Made by a program: the position numbers and the translations under genes. DNA of 38,144 nucleotides from assembly GCA_046075565.1 (NCBI GenBank), contig JBJTQJ010000074.1, forward strand, positions 1 through 38,144, read 5' to 3'. The notes below the pieces were generated by a model. That model was given only the letters and a program-made list of their open reading frames with translations. It was not told where the DNA came from and made no database searches. Below, piece after piece: positions 17,402 through 26,900 of this stretch (the first letter of the stretch is position 1; each line of letters begins with the position of its first letter). This stretch comes from Verrucomicrobiales bacterium (GTDB lineage Bacteria; Verrucomicrobiota; Verrucomicrobiia; Verrucomicrobiales; SLCJ01).

Positions 17402-19726
17402 TCACCACTGCAACGCCCACGGGATGGAGCGAGTCTCTGGAGACTCAAAACGGAGGCGGATGATTGGGCCTTCTCGGGCAAGACTGGCGCGCACACCGGC
17501 GGCAGCGGCTTCCTCGGCGAGAACGACTGCGCCGTCATTCCAGTCATGGCCTTCGTCGGGCAGCAGGATGCGCAACTCAAGTGCATCCCCACCAATCACG
17601 GTGACTTGACCGGAGAGTCGTTTCGCCGCACCATCCCAGCTCTCTTCTTGGCATCCGAACATGGACTGCAGGACATGACGGGAGGAGGAGAGGATGAGGG
17701 GTGTAGCCGCCTTGGGACGGAGCACGATGACCTGGCAGGAATGGGCGGCCAGTTTGACCTTTAGACGACCAGAAACTGCCAGCACCGGTTGGTTCGACCA
17801 GAATTCCCATCCTTCGAAGGCGGCATCGGATTTCAGTCCCAAGCTCTCCATGGGTAGATCGAGGTCGAGCGGTTTGGTTTCCCAGTTGAAGAGACTCACG
17901 GCGATCGGTGCATTCGTTCCGGGCGCCCCCGTTACCCATACCCGTGCCGGGTCGTTTTCAAAAACATCAACCGGCCGGGCGGTGAAGGCAGGTGCTCCCA
18001 TGGTGCGGCGGAGGATTTCCAAGCGCTCGGGCGGAAGCCCGGGAGTCCATTCGCTGTGGGTATTGAGTTGTCCTGTGATGGCTGACCATGTGGCAATGGA
18101 ACGAGCCTGATCGAGGGTCAGCGAGGGCCGAACGTAAATGGGGTCGGGGTCGTTGTGCCAAATGCGCCCGTGCATGAACCAGCGGCGCGTGCCATTGATA
18201 GGACCAGCCATCGCGCCACCTTCCGAACCTTTTTTCCAGGTGCCTGAGTTGTCCGCTCCGATGCGCATGGCATCCACCTTGCCGAAGCTGGCTCCCATGC
18301 TGCGGAGATTCTGCGGGATACAGCAACCGAGCAAATAAGTCTCCGAGCCGGCAGCTTCACGGATGGTCGCCATCGCAGCGCGGAAAATCTCAACGGGCGT
18401 TTGGTAGGGATCGGCGAAGACTTGTTGACCAAAGCCATCTTCCTTGAAGTGCTCATGCACATAAACCTGGGCGACACCCAACCCGGTATAGAGTCCGTCC
18501 ATCTTGAGGTAGCCGTAACCCCATTCCTTGATGAAGCGGTTCACGAGGGTCTTGAGATGCTCACGAGCGGGCGGGTGGCTCATGTCGATGGAGGTCCCGC
18601 CCCATGGAGTTTCGAAGACCTTGCCATCTTTGGTTTTCACGAACCAATCCGTTTTGTCCGCGAAAAATGGGTCCTCATGGTCGCCGGCAAAGGGCATGAA
18701 CCACAAACCCGGAGTCAGGCCCGCCGAGCGGATGCTGTCGGCTGCGGCTTTCATGCCGGCTGGATAAGGACCATTGCTAGCGGCACCGGTGAAGTCTTTC
18801 GCTGGTCCTTGCCGGCGTTTGCCGATCTGCCATTTGTCGTCGATTTGCAAGAAACCGAGACCGAATGGTTTGAGTTCTTTGCCGAGAAAAGCTGCCAGTT
18901 CCGCGGTCGTTTTTTCATCCCCCGCGCCGCCGTTGGGCTGGGAATACCACGTGCAGTATCCGGTGGGCTGGGCCGGCAAACGGATGCCATGGTAAGCAGC
19001 CACGCCATCGGCATAGGCTTCGAGTCCGAGTCTTGCATCATCGAACCATCCCAGGGCGAGCCACTCACCGCGTTCCGATGTCCTCGGCTTCAAACGTAAC
19101 CGACCGTATTGAGTGACGGCCTTTAAACTCGTTTTTCCCTCTTTGGTGGCAGTAAAGAAGACGCCGCTCCCCCGATCGCTGGACAACCAACCACCGACAA
19201 ATCCTTTGCCCGTAGCAGGATGAACCACAGCCTGATACATGTAGCTGCCCGGGTTTTTGTCCAGCGCACTAAGTCCACCCGTGCCGAAGGCCCGGAGGGC
19301 GCTTGGTTCGGCTCCGGCATCAAGCAAAAGTTCGGCCACGGTTTCATCCGCAAAGTCGCTGTCGGTTTCCGCCTCATTGCTGATCTGCTGGCGCAGGCAA
19401 AGAAATGGACGACCGGGAAACACCGCGAGGAGAACGGAGCGTCCATTGCCGAAAGCAAGGGACAAGGCGCGCGCCGCTCCCAGAGGTTCGTTTAACTGCA
19501 CCCACTCGGCCTTGGTGAATTTGCCGCCGTTGCCGCAACGCAATTCCGGCACCACCACGCGACCGCCGGATTCAACCCGCGCGGAACCGCTGGTCGTTTC
19601 CACCGTGACCTTGATGCCTTGTTCTTCGATTATCTCCTGGGTCTGGGCCATGGAAAAAGATGTGGCTGCTCCCATGGCCAGGGCTGGCACAAGGATACGG
19701 AACAATCGGGAGGAGCGCACTCTCAT
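17402..19726 (-). CDS. Exported alpha-galactosidase-like glycoside hydrolase (clan D, GH36/GH27-like)
   Basis: YCTWY, QIDDKWQ, GLWFMPF, YLKMDG nucleophile, RIGAD, WHNDPD; signal peptide; exact start uncertain (19750 or 19726). Confidence 0.8.
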   Translation of the reverse strand: MRVRSSRLFRILVPALAMGAATSFSMAQTQEIIEEQGIKVTVETTSGSARVESGGRVVVPELRCGNGGKFTKAEWVQLNEPLGAARALSLAFGNGRSVLLAVFPGRPFLCLRQQISNEAETDSDFADETVAELLLDAGAEPSALRAFGTGGLSALDKNPGSYMYQAVVHPATGKGFVGGWLSSDRGSGVFFTATKEGKTSLKAVTQYGRLRLKPRTSERGEWLALGWFDDARLGLEAYADGVAAYHGIRLPAQPTGYCTWYSQPNGGAGDEKTTAELAAFLGKELKPFGLGFLQIDDKWQIGKRRQGPAKDFTGAASNGPYPAGMKAAADSIRSAGLTPGLWFMPFAGDHEDPFFADKTDWFVKTKDGKVFETPWGGTSIDMSHPPAREHLKTLVNRFIKEWGYGYLKMDGLYTGLGVAQVYVHEHFKEDGFGQQVFADPYQTPVEIFRAAMATIREAAGSETYLLGCCIPQNLRSMGASFGKVDAMRIGADNSGTWKKGSEGGAMAGPINGTRRWFMHGRIWHNDPDPIYVRPSLTLDQARSIATWSAITGQLNTHSEWTPGLPPERLEILRRTMGAPAFTARPVDVFENDPARVWVTGAPGTNAPIAVSLFNWETKPLDLDLPMESLGLKSDAAFEGWEFWSNQPVLAVSGRLKVKLAAHSCQVIVLRPKAATPLILSSSRHVLQSMFGCQEESWDGAAKRLSGQVTVIGGDALELRILLPDEGHDWNDGAVVLAEEAAAAGVRASLAREGPIIRLRFESPETRSIPWALQW

Positions 19727-19802
19727 CTGGGAATTGCGCCAAACATGCACGGGATCCCTTCATCTGGCCAACGGGAATTTTACCTGCCCACAACATCGGG
19801 CG

Positions 19803-20684
19803 TCACGCCGATTGCCGGCAGGCTTTCACCGTATTGGCCATGAGCATGGCGATGGTCATCGGCCCGACGCCACCGGGCACGGGGGTGATGGCGCGGCATT
19901 TCGGGGCAACCTCGTCGAAAGCGACGTCTCCGGCGATGCGGTAGCCGGATTCGCGGGTCGGATCTTCGACGCGGTTGATGCCCACATCGATCACGACAGC
20001 TCCCTCTTTGACATGGTCGGCGCGCACGAACTCGGGTTTGCCGATGGCCGCGATCAGGATATCAGCGCGGCGGGTAATGGCCGGCAGATCACGCGATCGG
20101 GAATGCGCGACCGTGACCGTGGCGTTGGCGGCTTTGCCTTAGGCCATGAGCAAGAGGGCCATCGGTTTTCCGACAATCATGCTGCGGCCGAGCACCACCA
20201 CTTCCGCGCCTTCCACTTGGATCCCGGATTTTTCGAGCATCACTTGGCACCCGAGCGGTGTGCAGGGAACAAATCCGGTCGGATCCTCCAAGGCCAGTTT
20301 GGCCACGTTCACGGGATGAAAGCCATCGACATCCTTCGCCGGGTCAATGGCGAGCACCACCGCCGCCTCGTCGATGTGGGCGGGAGGCGGCGACTGGACG
20401 AGGATGCCGTGGATGGTAGGGTCGGCATTCAGTTGGCCGATGATCGCGAGCAGTTCCTCTTGTGTGGTTGTGGCGGGCAGCTCGTGTTTGACCGAGTGGA
20501 TGCCGAGCTCGCGGCATTTCTTGTCCTTGGAACGCACATAGAAAGTCGAGGCCGGGTCGCTGCCGACGAGCACGACCGCAAGACCGGGAACCCGACCGGC
20601 CGCTTTTAATTCCGCGATTTCCTCGCGGCATTTTCCAAGCACATTTTCCGCAATTTCTTTACCGTCGATCAGGGTGAAACTCAT
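19803..20684 (-). pseudogene. folD: FolD (methylenetetrahydrofolate dehydrogenase/cyclohydrolase) interrupted by one in-frame TAA at 20139-20141
   Basis: [31 protein letters not shown], then [19 protein letters not shown]...VIDVGIN...[16 protein letters not shown] in the same frame. Identity is clear; true pseudogene versus sequence error is unresolved. Confidence 0.85.
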
Positions 20685-21355
20685 GCCCTCTCCGTAACAT
20701 CACAGGAGGGGTCGCGCAACCGGCTCTCGACAAGCGAGCGCATTTCCTCGAAACCGGTTTCATCCAAGTCGCCCGGCACCGGAATCGCCTCCAGCATGCG
20801 GGCGGTGGCGGTGGCGCCGGGCATGGGCAGGCGGAAGGCATCCCAGGATTTGAAGGAATGAAATCGGGAAATGTCGACCACGATAGGCACCACCGGGGTG
20901 GCGGTAAGGGCCGCGAGTTGCACCAGCCCCGGGTGGAGGTGGTATTTCGGGCCGCGGGGTCCATCGGGCGTGAAAATCACATCCGTCCCGTCGCGGATGT
21001 GCCTGGACAACTCGACCATGGCCCTCGCTCCCCGGCGGGAACTCGAGCCGCGCACCGCACCGAGGTGAAAATGTCCCATCGTCCGGGCCAGCACCTCTCC
21101 ATCTTTGCTGGGACTCGTCAAGACGACGCAGCGCCTGTGCCGGAACCATTTCTCATAGACCAGGGGCATGGGTGCAATCCGATTGTGCCAAAAGGCCCAA
21201 ATCAGCGGTTGCCGCCACTTTTCCGGAGCGGAATACCCGTGGGGGTCGTCGAGCCGGATTTTCCATGTCAAGCCGAGCCCACGAATCAGCCCCGATGCCG
21301 CGCCAGCGGCAAAAACGGCTTTCCAAGGGGTCGGCGACGTGGATTTTTGGGTCAT
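20681..21355 (-). CDS. DUF374 (LpxJ-like) acyltransferase family protein
   Basis: [45 protein letters not shown] overlap with the folD start. Confidence 0.85.
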   Translation of the reverse strand: MTQKSTSPTPWKAVFAAGAASGLIRGLGLTWKIRLDDPHGYSAPEKWRQPLIWAFWHNRIAPMPLVYEKWFRHRRCVVLTSPSKDGEVLARTMGHFHLGAVRGSSSRRGARAMVELSRHIRDGTDVIFTPDGPRGPKYHLHPGLVQLAALTATPVVPIVVDISRFHSFKSWDAFRLPMPGATATARMLEAIPVPGDLDETGFEEMRSLVESRLRDPSCDVTERA

Positions 21356-21433
21356 AGGCCGAAAGATTTATATTTCTTCCACCATTTCGCGTTGCGCTGC
21401 AAACGCTTTCGCCCTACCAATGCAGCATTCCCC

Positions 21434-21712
21434 ATGGACTTCGACTGGATCGACCCCCCTTTTGACATCCGCAAGGTTTCCCCGAAAGAGGTCGAGGAAT
21501 CCTTCGAGGACCCGTTTTCCCTCCGTATGCTGCCTGAATTCGAGTCCGGCGACCGGGCGGCACGGTATCTCAGCCTCGGCAGAACCCTCTCGAACCGCGG
21601 CCTCTTTTCCGTTTTCTGGACCGATGGAAAAAGCTTTCGGGTCATTTGCTCCCGGGATATGACCCCGGAGGAATCCGCTTTCTACGACCGGAAGAATGCC
21701 GAGAATATCTAA
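21434..21712 (+). CDS. BrnT-like toxin (DUF497/RelE-fold ribonuclease)
   Basis: MDFDW, EVEESF, RYLSLGRT, RVICSRDMT...E...Y pattern; 92 aa; directly upstream of an antitoxin-like gene. Confidence 0.75.
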   Translation: MDFDWIDPPFDIRKVSPKEVEESFEDPFSLRMLPEFESGDRAARYLSLGRTLSNRGLFSVFWTDGKSFRVICSRDMTPEESAFYDRKNAENI

Positions 21713-21715
21713 ACC

Positions 21716-21988
21716 ATGAAAACCTTCAATACCTGGCGTGATATCCCGGAATTCGACGACGAGACCGCCGAGGCGCTCTGGTGGTCGGAAAACTCACCCG
21801 GCGCTCCCCTCATGAACGGGTCGCTGCACCGGTCCGACACCCGTGAATCCACCACCATTACCCTGCGCTTCGACCCCCGGATGCTCGCGCGCATCAAACG
21901 CATCGCCCGCTCACGTTTTCTGAATTACCAGAGCATGATGAAGCAGTGGCTGGCGGAGCGTCTCGAGGACGAGTTGCGGCGTCAATGA
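21716..21988 (+). CDS. BrnA/CopG-like antitoxin (C-terminal ribbon-helix-helix)
   Basis: IPEFDDETAEALWW N-terminus; TITLRF...IKRIA...YQSMMKQWLAE RHH-like tail. Confidence 0.78.
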   Translation: MKTFNTWRDIPEFDDETAEALWWSENSPGAPLMNGSLHRSDTRESTTITLRFDPRMLARIKRIARSRFLNYQSMMKQWLAERLEDELRRQ

Positions 21989-22392
21989 AAGATTACCCTA
22001 CCCCCGCCCCGGTCCGTTCCCAAATCTTGCCAAGGCTGGCCGGCGCCGTCTGGGTTCTTTGGCTGGCGACACTTTGGGTGCTTTCCGCCCAATCCCTTCC
22101 GGCACAAAAGCTGCCGGACTTCCAATTCAGCGACAAGTTCGCGCATTTCGGATACTTCTTTTTGGGAGGCAGCCTTCTTGCCATCGCTTTGCGCGATGTG
22201 GTGCCCGTCTGGAGAAAACGCGTCCTCTTGATTATCGCCGCCTCCGCCCTGATCGGAGCGGGCGATGAATACCACCAGTCATTCGTGAAAAACCGCTATG
22301 GCAATGACCCCTGGGATTGGCTCGCCGACACGATCGGAGGCACTGCGGCGGCTTTGCTGGTCAATCCTCGCCTGAAACGACGGATCTTTTGA
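21985..22392 (+). CDS. VanZ family membrane protein
   Basis: DKFAHFGYF, DEYHQSFV, DWLADTIG motifs; ATGA overlap with the antitoxin stop. Confidence 0.82.
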   Translation: MKDYPTPAPVRSQILPRLAGAVWVLWLATLWVLSAQSLPAQKLPDFQFSDKFAHFGYFFLGGSLLAIALRDVVPVWRKRVLLIIAASALIGAGDEYHQSFVKNRYGNDPWDWLADTIGGTAAALLVNPRLKRRIF

Positions 22393-22422
22393 CATCCCTG
22401 CCTCTTCCCCGCAAACTGAATC

Positions 22423-23301
22423 ATGAAGACGCTTTTCATCGCCGTTTTCTCCTTCGCCGTGGGTGCCGCCACCATGCATCTGATCAATGAGAATCGGCAG
22501 AAGACGGTTCCTGTTATGGCCTCCCCTGCTACGCCAGCCGCCACGGGGAATTCGACCTTCACCCCATGGAAACCGGAATCCACGGATGTCCCGGCGGGTA
22601 AAGAAAATCCCACAGTCCCCGCCAACACAGCAAAACAGGAGTCTTCAGGCGCGTCAATTGGTATGGCCGAACTCATGACGATCGGCGGAATGGGAAACGT
22701 GTGGGAGGCAAGTCTCAATAGCCAGACGAAGTCCCGCGTTGGCAAACTCGCCTTGCGACTGCAACTGACTGCGGAACAAAAGACAACCCTGGAAACAGCG
22801 CTTACGGCCCAAGGCAAACGGCAACTCGAGATGATGAAGAAGGGCTTTGAACTCTTAAAAAATCCGGAACAAGGCGTGAAAGAAGAGATGGTGCAGGATT
22901 TTGATTATGAATCGGAGGAGGACATCATCGCACGCTGGGCTGAGGAGCATCTGGACGATAGGCAGAAGGCCGAATTCGCGAACATGGAGAAGAAGCGCAA
23001 GGAAGATGATGCCCGAGACACGGCCCAGTATCAGCTCGACGAAATCGAAGAGGTGATCGACGTAAACGAGGAGCAAAAGGAAAAAATCTTCCAGCTTTTT
23101 ACTCGCCGGGCCTTGGCTGGCACTCAGGATCCAGAAGCTGAGGCCGCAGTTTAACCAGAGCCGGCAAAGGATACCGAGTTGTCCGCCATCCTCGAACCCG
23201 AACAGATGAAGACGTATCTCCGCCATCGGGAGGAGGAAGAGAAACGCAACGAGGAGATGATGAAAAGCCTGAACATCCCAGGGTTCTCCGGCAAGCCGTA
23301 A
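22423..23301 (+). pseudogene. Helical exported/membrane-anchored hypothetical protein with LTxEQ-like repeats, interrupted by an in-frame TAA at 23152-23154
   Basis: Repeats LTAEQK, LDDRQK, VNEEQK before the stop; the frame continues PEPAKDTELSAILEPEQMKTYLRHREEEEKRNEE...KP to TAA 23299-23301, 24 nt from the convergent gene. Confidence 0.6.
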
Positions 23302-23325
23302 AAGCAGCGGAGAGTTTGCGGATCC

Positions 23326-24843
23326 TCAAATGTAGTATCGCCGAATGGCTTCGACCAAGCCTGGGATGTCGTGGTCCTTTGCCTCGATATGCGGTTTGTG
23401 CCCGCGTTCGATCAATGCGGCCGAAGTAATGGGGCCTATGGACGCGAAAAGAGCGCCCGGAGCGATGGGTAGGCCGAGGTTGAAGAAATGTTCAACCGTG
23501 GAAGCACTGGTGAAGGTGATAACGTCGGCACCGTCGTCCAGCAGTCGTTTCCTGGCTCCCGTGGTATCCTCGGATTCCGCCACCGTGCGGTAGGCGATCG
23601 CTTCATCGACAATGGCCCCCTGTTTCTCCAATTCTTGGGCCACGACATCGCGCGCACCCTCTGGGCGAACCCACAGAATCATTTCGTTCTCGAGCGAACC
23701 AACTTCCTTTTTGAAAGTCTCCACCAGCGCCTCAGCCACATGTTTTTCCGGCATGATATCCACATTGAGATGGTAGGCTTTGACTCGTGCGGCCGTGCCG
23801 GGCCCGACCACGGCGATGCGGGCTCCGCCGATACTGCGGGCATCCTGATAGAGTTTGTAGAACCACTCGAAAAAGATATCCACACCATTCGGACTCGTGA
23901 AGACAATCCATTGGTAGGTGTGGGCATCCTTGACCAGTTCCGCGAAAGCACGCAAATCAGTTGGCGGTTCGGTCCGGATGACCGGCAACTCGAGCACATC
24001 GGCCCCGAGATCAGCCAATTGTTTGGAAAGTTCACCGGCTTGGCGACGGGTGCGAGTGACCACGATGCGGCGTCCGAAGAGCGGGCGCGTGTCAAACCAG
24101 CGGATACGTTCCCGCAAGCCGACCACTCCCCCGATGATACAAACAGCCGGGGCTTTGAATCCTGCGGCTTCCGCTTTTCCTGCGATGTCGCCGAGCGTGC
24201 CCACCAGGGTTTCCTGGCGTGGCGTGGTCGCCCATCGGACGAGAGCAACCGGAGTGACGGGGTCGGCTCCACCCTCGATCATGCGGGCGGAGAGCTCACG
24301 CAACCTTCCGATGCCCATGAGCATCACTTTGGTGCCGTCGGCGGAGCCCAGTTTTGCGAAGTCGAGCGAGCTCAGTTCCTTGGTCGGATCCTCGTGGCCG
24401 GTAAAAATGGTCAGCACGGTGTTGTGCTCGCGATGGGTCACCGGGATGCCGGCGTAGGCCGGGCCGGCAATGGTCGAACTGATGCCTGGCACGATCTCGA
24501 AGGGCACTCCGGCCTCGACCAACTCCTCGGCCTCCTCTCCGCCGCGACCGAAGACGAAAGGATCTCCCCCCTTCAGCCTTGCCACGCGCTTTCCGGAAAG
24601 AGCCATCCGCACCAGCATGGCATTGATTTCCTCCTGGGGCATGGTGTGGTTGCCGGCTTCCTTTCCAGCATAGATGATTTCGGCGCCGGGTTTGGCCCAG
24701 CCTAACAGATTCGGATTCACCAGATAATCATAGACAATGACATCCGCTTTCTCGATGCACTCGCGGGCGCGCAGGGTAACGAGGCCGGGGTCCCCGGGAC
24801 CACAACCAACAAGAGAACAAAGACCGGTGGATTTTTTTGCCAT
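23326..24843 (-). CDS. cobA: Fused uroporphyrinogen-III C-methyltransferase/uroporphyrinogen-III synthase (CobA-HemD)
   Basis: VGCGPGDPGL, RLKGGDPFVFGRGGEE, GIPVTHR, then HemD-type VVTR, FTSPNGV, FTSASTV, IGPITS; start MAKKST at 24843. Confidence 0.92.
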   Translation of the reverse strand: MAKKSTGLCSLVGCGPGDPGLVTLRARECIEKADVIVYDYLVNPNLLGWAKPGAEIIYAGKEAGNHTMPQEEINAMLVRMALSGKRVARLKGGDPFVFGRGGEEAEELVEAGVPFEIVPGISSTIAGPAYAGIPVTHREHNTVLTIFTGHEDPTKELSSLDFAKLGSADGTKVMLMGIGRLRELSARMIEGGADPVTPVALVRWATTPRQETLVGTLGDIAGKAEAAGFKAPAVCIIGGVVGLRERIRWFDTRPLFGRRIVVTRTRRQAGELSKQLADLGADVLELPVIRTEPPTDLRAFAELVKDAHTYQWIVFTSPNGVDIFFEWFYKLYQDARSIGGARIAVVGPGTAARVKAYHLNVDIMPEKHVAEALVETFKKEVGSLENEMILWVRPEGARDVVAQELEKQGAIVDEAIAYRTVAESEDTTGARKRLLDDGADVITFTSASTVEHFFNLGLPIAPGALFASIGPITSAALIERGHKPHIEAKDHDIPGLVEAIRRYYI

Positions 24844-24869
24844 GGTTAGGGAGAACTTTGAAGAATAAA

Positions 24870-25838
24870 TCAGGCGAGGGATTGGTGCAGCCGTGCGGCC
24901 ACGGCAAGTGGTCGGCGGGCAGAGCCGGAGGCACGGGCACGAAGTGGAGTTTGCAACGGTTGGTGCTCGGAGAAGACGACCGCAGCGGCGGACAAGCGCC
25001 CCGCTTTGTCCACGCGGGTGCGGATACCAACCGGGGTATGGCATCCGGCCTGGAGCAAACGCAGGAACTCACGCTCGCAACGCACACGCGCCCAGGTTTC
25101 CGCATGGGTAATGGCAGCTACGACGGAGGCGGACGATTCATCGCCAGCCCGGATTTCCAATCCGATGGCCCCCTGCCCTGCCGCGGGAAGCATCAGCCGC
25201 TCCGGGAGAATCGAAGAACCGAGACGAAAATCATCGATGGCGATCTCACCGCTGGCCGGATCCCAGCCCAGCCGCTCGAGTCCGGCTCGGGCGAGGAGGA
25301 GCGCGTGGCCTTGACCGTTCGCTGCAACCTTACGCAAACGTGTTGGCACATTGCCGCGGATTTCCACAACCTTGAGGTCGGGACGCATCGCCAACAATTG
25401 GAACTTCCGGCGCGGGCTGCTCGTCGCAACGATCATTCCGGCGGGGAGATCACAAAGCCCCCTCAACCGATGATCGGCGACCACCAGCACGTCTTCCACC
25501 GGCGCTCTTTCCATGGCACCGGCAATGCTGAACTTTTCCCCGACCTCGGTCGGCACATCCTTCAGGCTGTGCACGGCGACGTCGATTTCGCCTGCTTCCA
25601 GAGCGATTTCCAGTTCCTTGGTAAAGACACCTTTGTCCACGGGAGTCCCGGCCTTTCCGGAAAGTTCGGCCAACCGGATATCCTGGCGCTGGTCGCCGGT
25701 CGTTCGGATGATGACACGTTTGATGGAAAGGTCCGGACGTGCAGCTGCAACGGCGCTCTCGAAAAGCTCGGCTTGCGCAAGGGCGAGTTCGCTGCCCCGT
25801 GTGCCGACGCGGAGAATGGGACTGGAGGCTTTGCTCAT
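24870..25838 (-). CDS. hemC: Hydroxymethylbilane synthase
   Basis: GTRGSELALAQ, KGVFTKELE, VHSLKDVP, TSSPRR, IRGNVPTRL, GQGAIG, GCHTP; ATGA overlap with hemA. Confidence 0.93.
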   Translation of the reverse strand: MSKASSPILRVGTRGSELALAQAELFESAVAAARPDLSIKRVIIRTTGDQRQDIRLAELSGKAGTPVDKGVFTKELEIALEAGEIDVAVHSLKDVPTEVGEKFSIAGAMERAPVEDVLVVADHRLRGLCDLPAGMIVATSSPRRKFQLLAMRPDLKVVEIRGNVPTRLRKVAANGQGHALLLARAGLERLGWDPASGEIAIDDFRLGSSILPERLMLPAAGQGAIGLEIRAGDESSASVVAAITHAETWARVRCEREFLRLLQAGCHTPVGIRTRVDKAGRLSAAAVVFSEHQPLQTPLRARASGSARRPLAVAARLHQSLA

Positions 25839-26887
25839 ACCGTGCCGGGGTTCTCGTTTCCGTTGATGTTTCTCGCCTGGCTCAATTGATGGGTCAAGCG
25901 CACCACTTCCTCGCCGATGATTCCCCGGCAAAGCTGGATTTGTTCCTCGCGCTGGCGGCGTGCCTCGTCCGCCAGCACTTGCAGGGCGTCGAGATCGTAA
26001 AGGTAAATATCGTCGATGGCGTTGACGTTCGGATCGATATTCCGGGGCACCGCAATATCGATGAGGAAGAGAGGACGGCCTTTGCGCAGCTTTCGTGCCG
26101 CCAACACTTGATCCGGGGTCACCACGAAATGCGGTGCCGATGTCGAGGCAATGACAATATCCACCTCGGCAACCTTGCGCGGCCAATCGTCGAATCGCAT
26201 GGCAACTCCGTCCATTTCCGCCGCGAGTTCGACCGCCCGCTCGAAGGAGCGATTCGATACGAAAATGCTGCGGGCACCCCGGCTGAGAAGACTGCGCGCC
26301 GTAACCCGGCTCATTTCTCCGGCTCCTAACAACATCACCGCACATCGCTCGAGATCGCCGAAGATACGTTCCGCCAATTCGACCGCAACCGAGCCAACAG
26401 ATGTCGCTCCCTTCTGGATCCCGGTGCTATTGCGCACGCGTTTGCCGACCGCGAAGCTGCGCTGGAAGAGACGGTTGAGCATCGGGCCGGTGGCTCCACA
26501 GACCGATGCCGTCTCATAGGCTTTTTTGACCTGACCGAAGATTTCCGTTTCGCCAAGCACCATGGAGTCCAAGCCGGCGGCCACCGAGAAGAGATGTCCA
26601 ACAGCTTCCTCCCCTTCCCTGATGTAAAAATGGCCGCTTGTATCCGCGTCCGTCGCGGCCTCACCCCCCAGCTTCGCCAATAGCTTTTTTCCAGAGACGC
26701 GGTTGTTTTCGGCCGCCGCATAAACCTCGACGCGGTTGCAGGTGGAGAGCACCACCGCCTCGGTCACGCCGGGAACCTGCAACAACTCTGCCAACAATTC
26801 GCCGGTTCGCTGCTCGGGCACCACCAGACGCTCCCGCAATTGCAGCGGGGCGGTTTGATGGTTCAGGCCTAGGCAAAGGAAATTCAT
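25835..26887 (-). CDS. hemA: Glutamyl-tRNA reductase (short, 350 aa)
   Basis: GLNHQTAP, catalytic STCNRVE, GLDSMVLGETEIFGQVK, GAGEM, DIAVPRNI. Confidence 0.93.
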   Translation of the reverse strand: MNFLCLGLNHQTAPLQLRERLVVPEQRTGELLAELLQVPGVTEAVVLSTCNRVEVYAAAENNRVSGKKLLAKLGGEAATDADTSGHFYIREGEEAVGHLFSVAAGLDSMVLGETEIFGQVKKAYETASVCGATGPMLNRLFQRSFAVGKRVRNSTGIQKGATSVGSVAVELAERIFGDLERCAVMLLGAGEMSRVTARSLLSRGARSIFVSNRSFERAVELAAEMDGVAMRFDDWPRKVAEVDIVIASTSAPHFVVTPDQVLAARKLRKGRPLFLIDIAVPRNIDPNVNAIDDIYLYDLDALQVLADEARRQREEQIQLCRGIIGEEVVRLTHQLSQARNINGNENPGTV

Positions 26888-26900
26888 GGAATAAGCGGGG

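Noticed and set aside
20858..21433. N-terminal extension making the BrnT-like ORF 284 aa
   Set aside because: It overlaps the DUF374 gene on the opposite strand; family similarity starts at ATG 21434
21434..21988. BrnT-BrnA as a single fused gene with a third premature TAA
   Set aside because: Both parts have normal stand-alone sizes and the antitoxin has its own ATG; sharing a frame is a one-in-three coincidence
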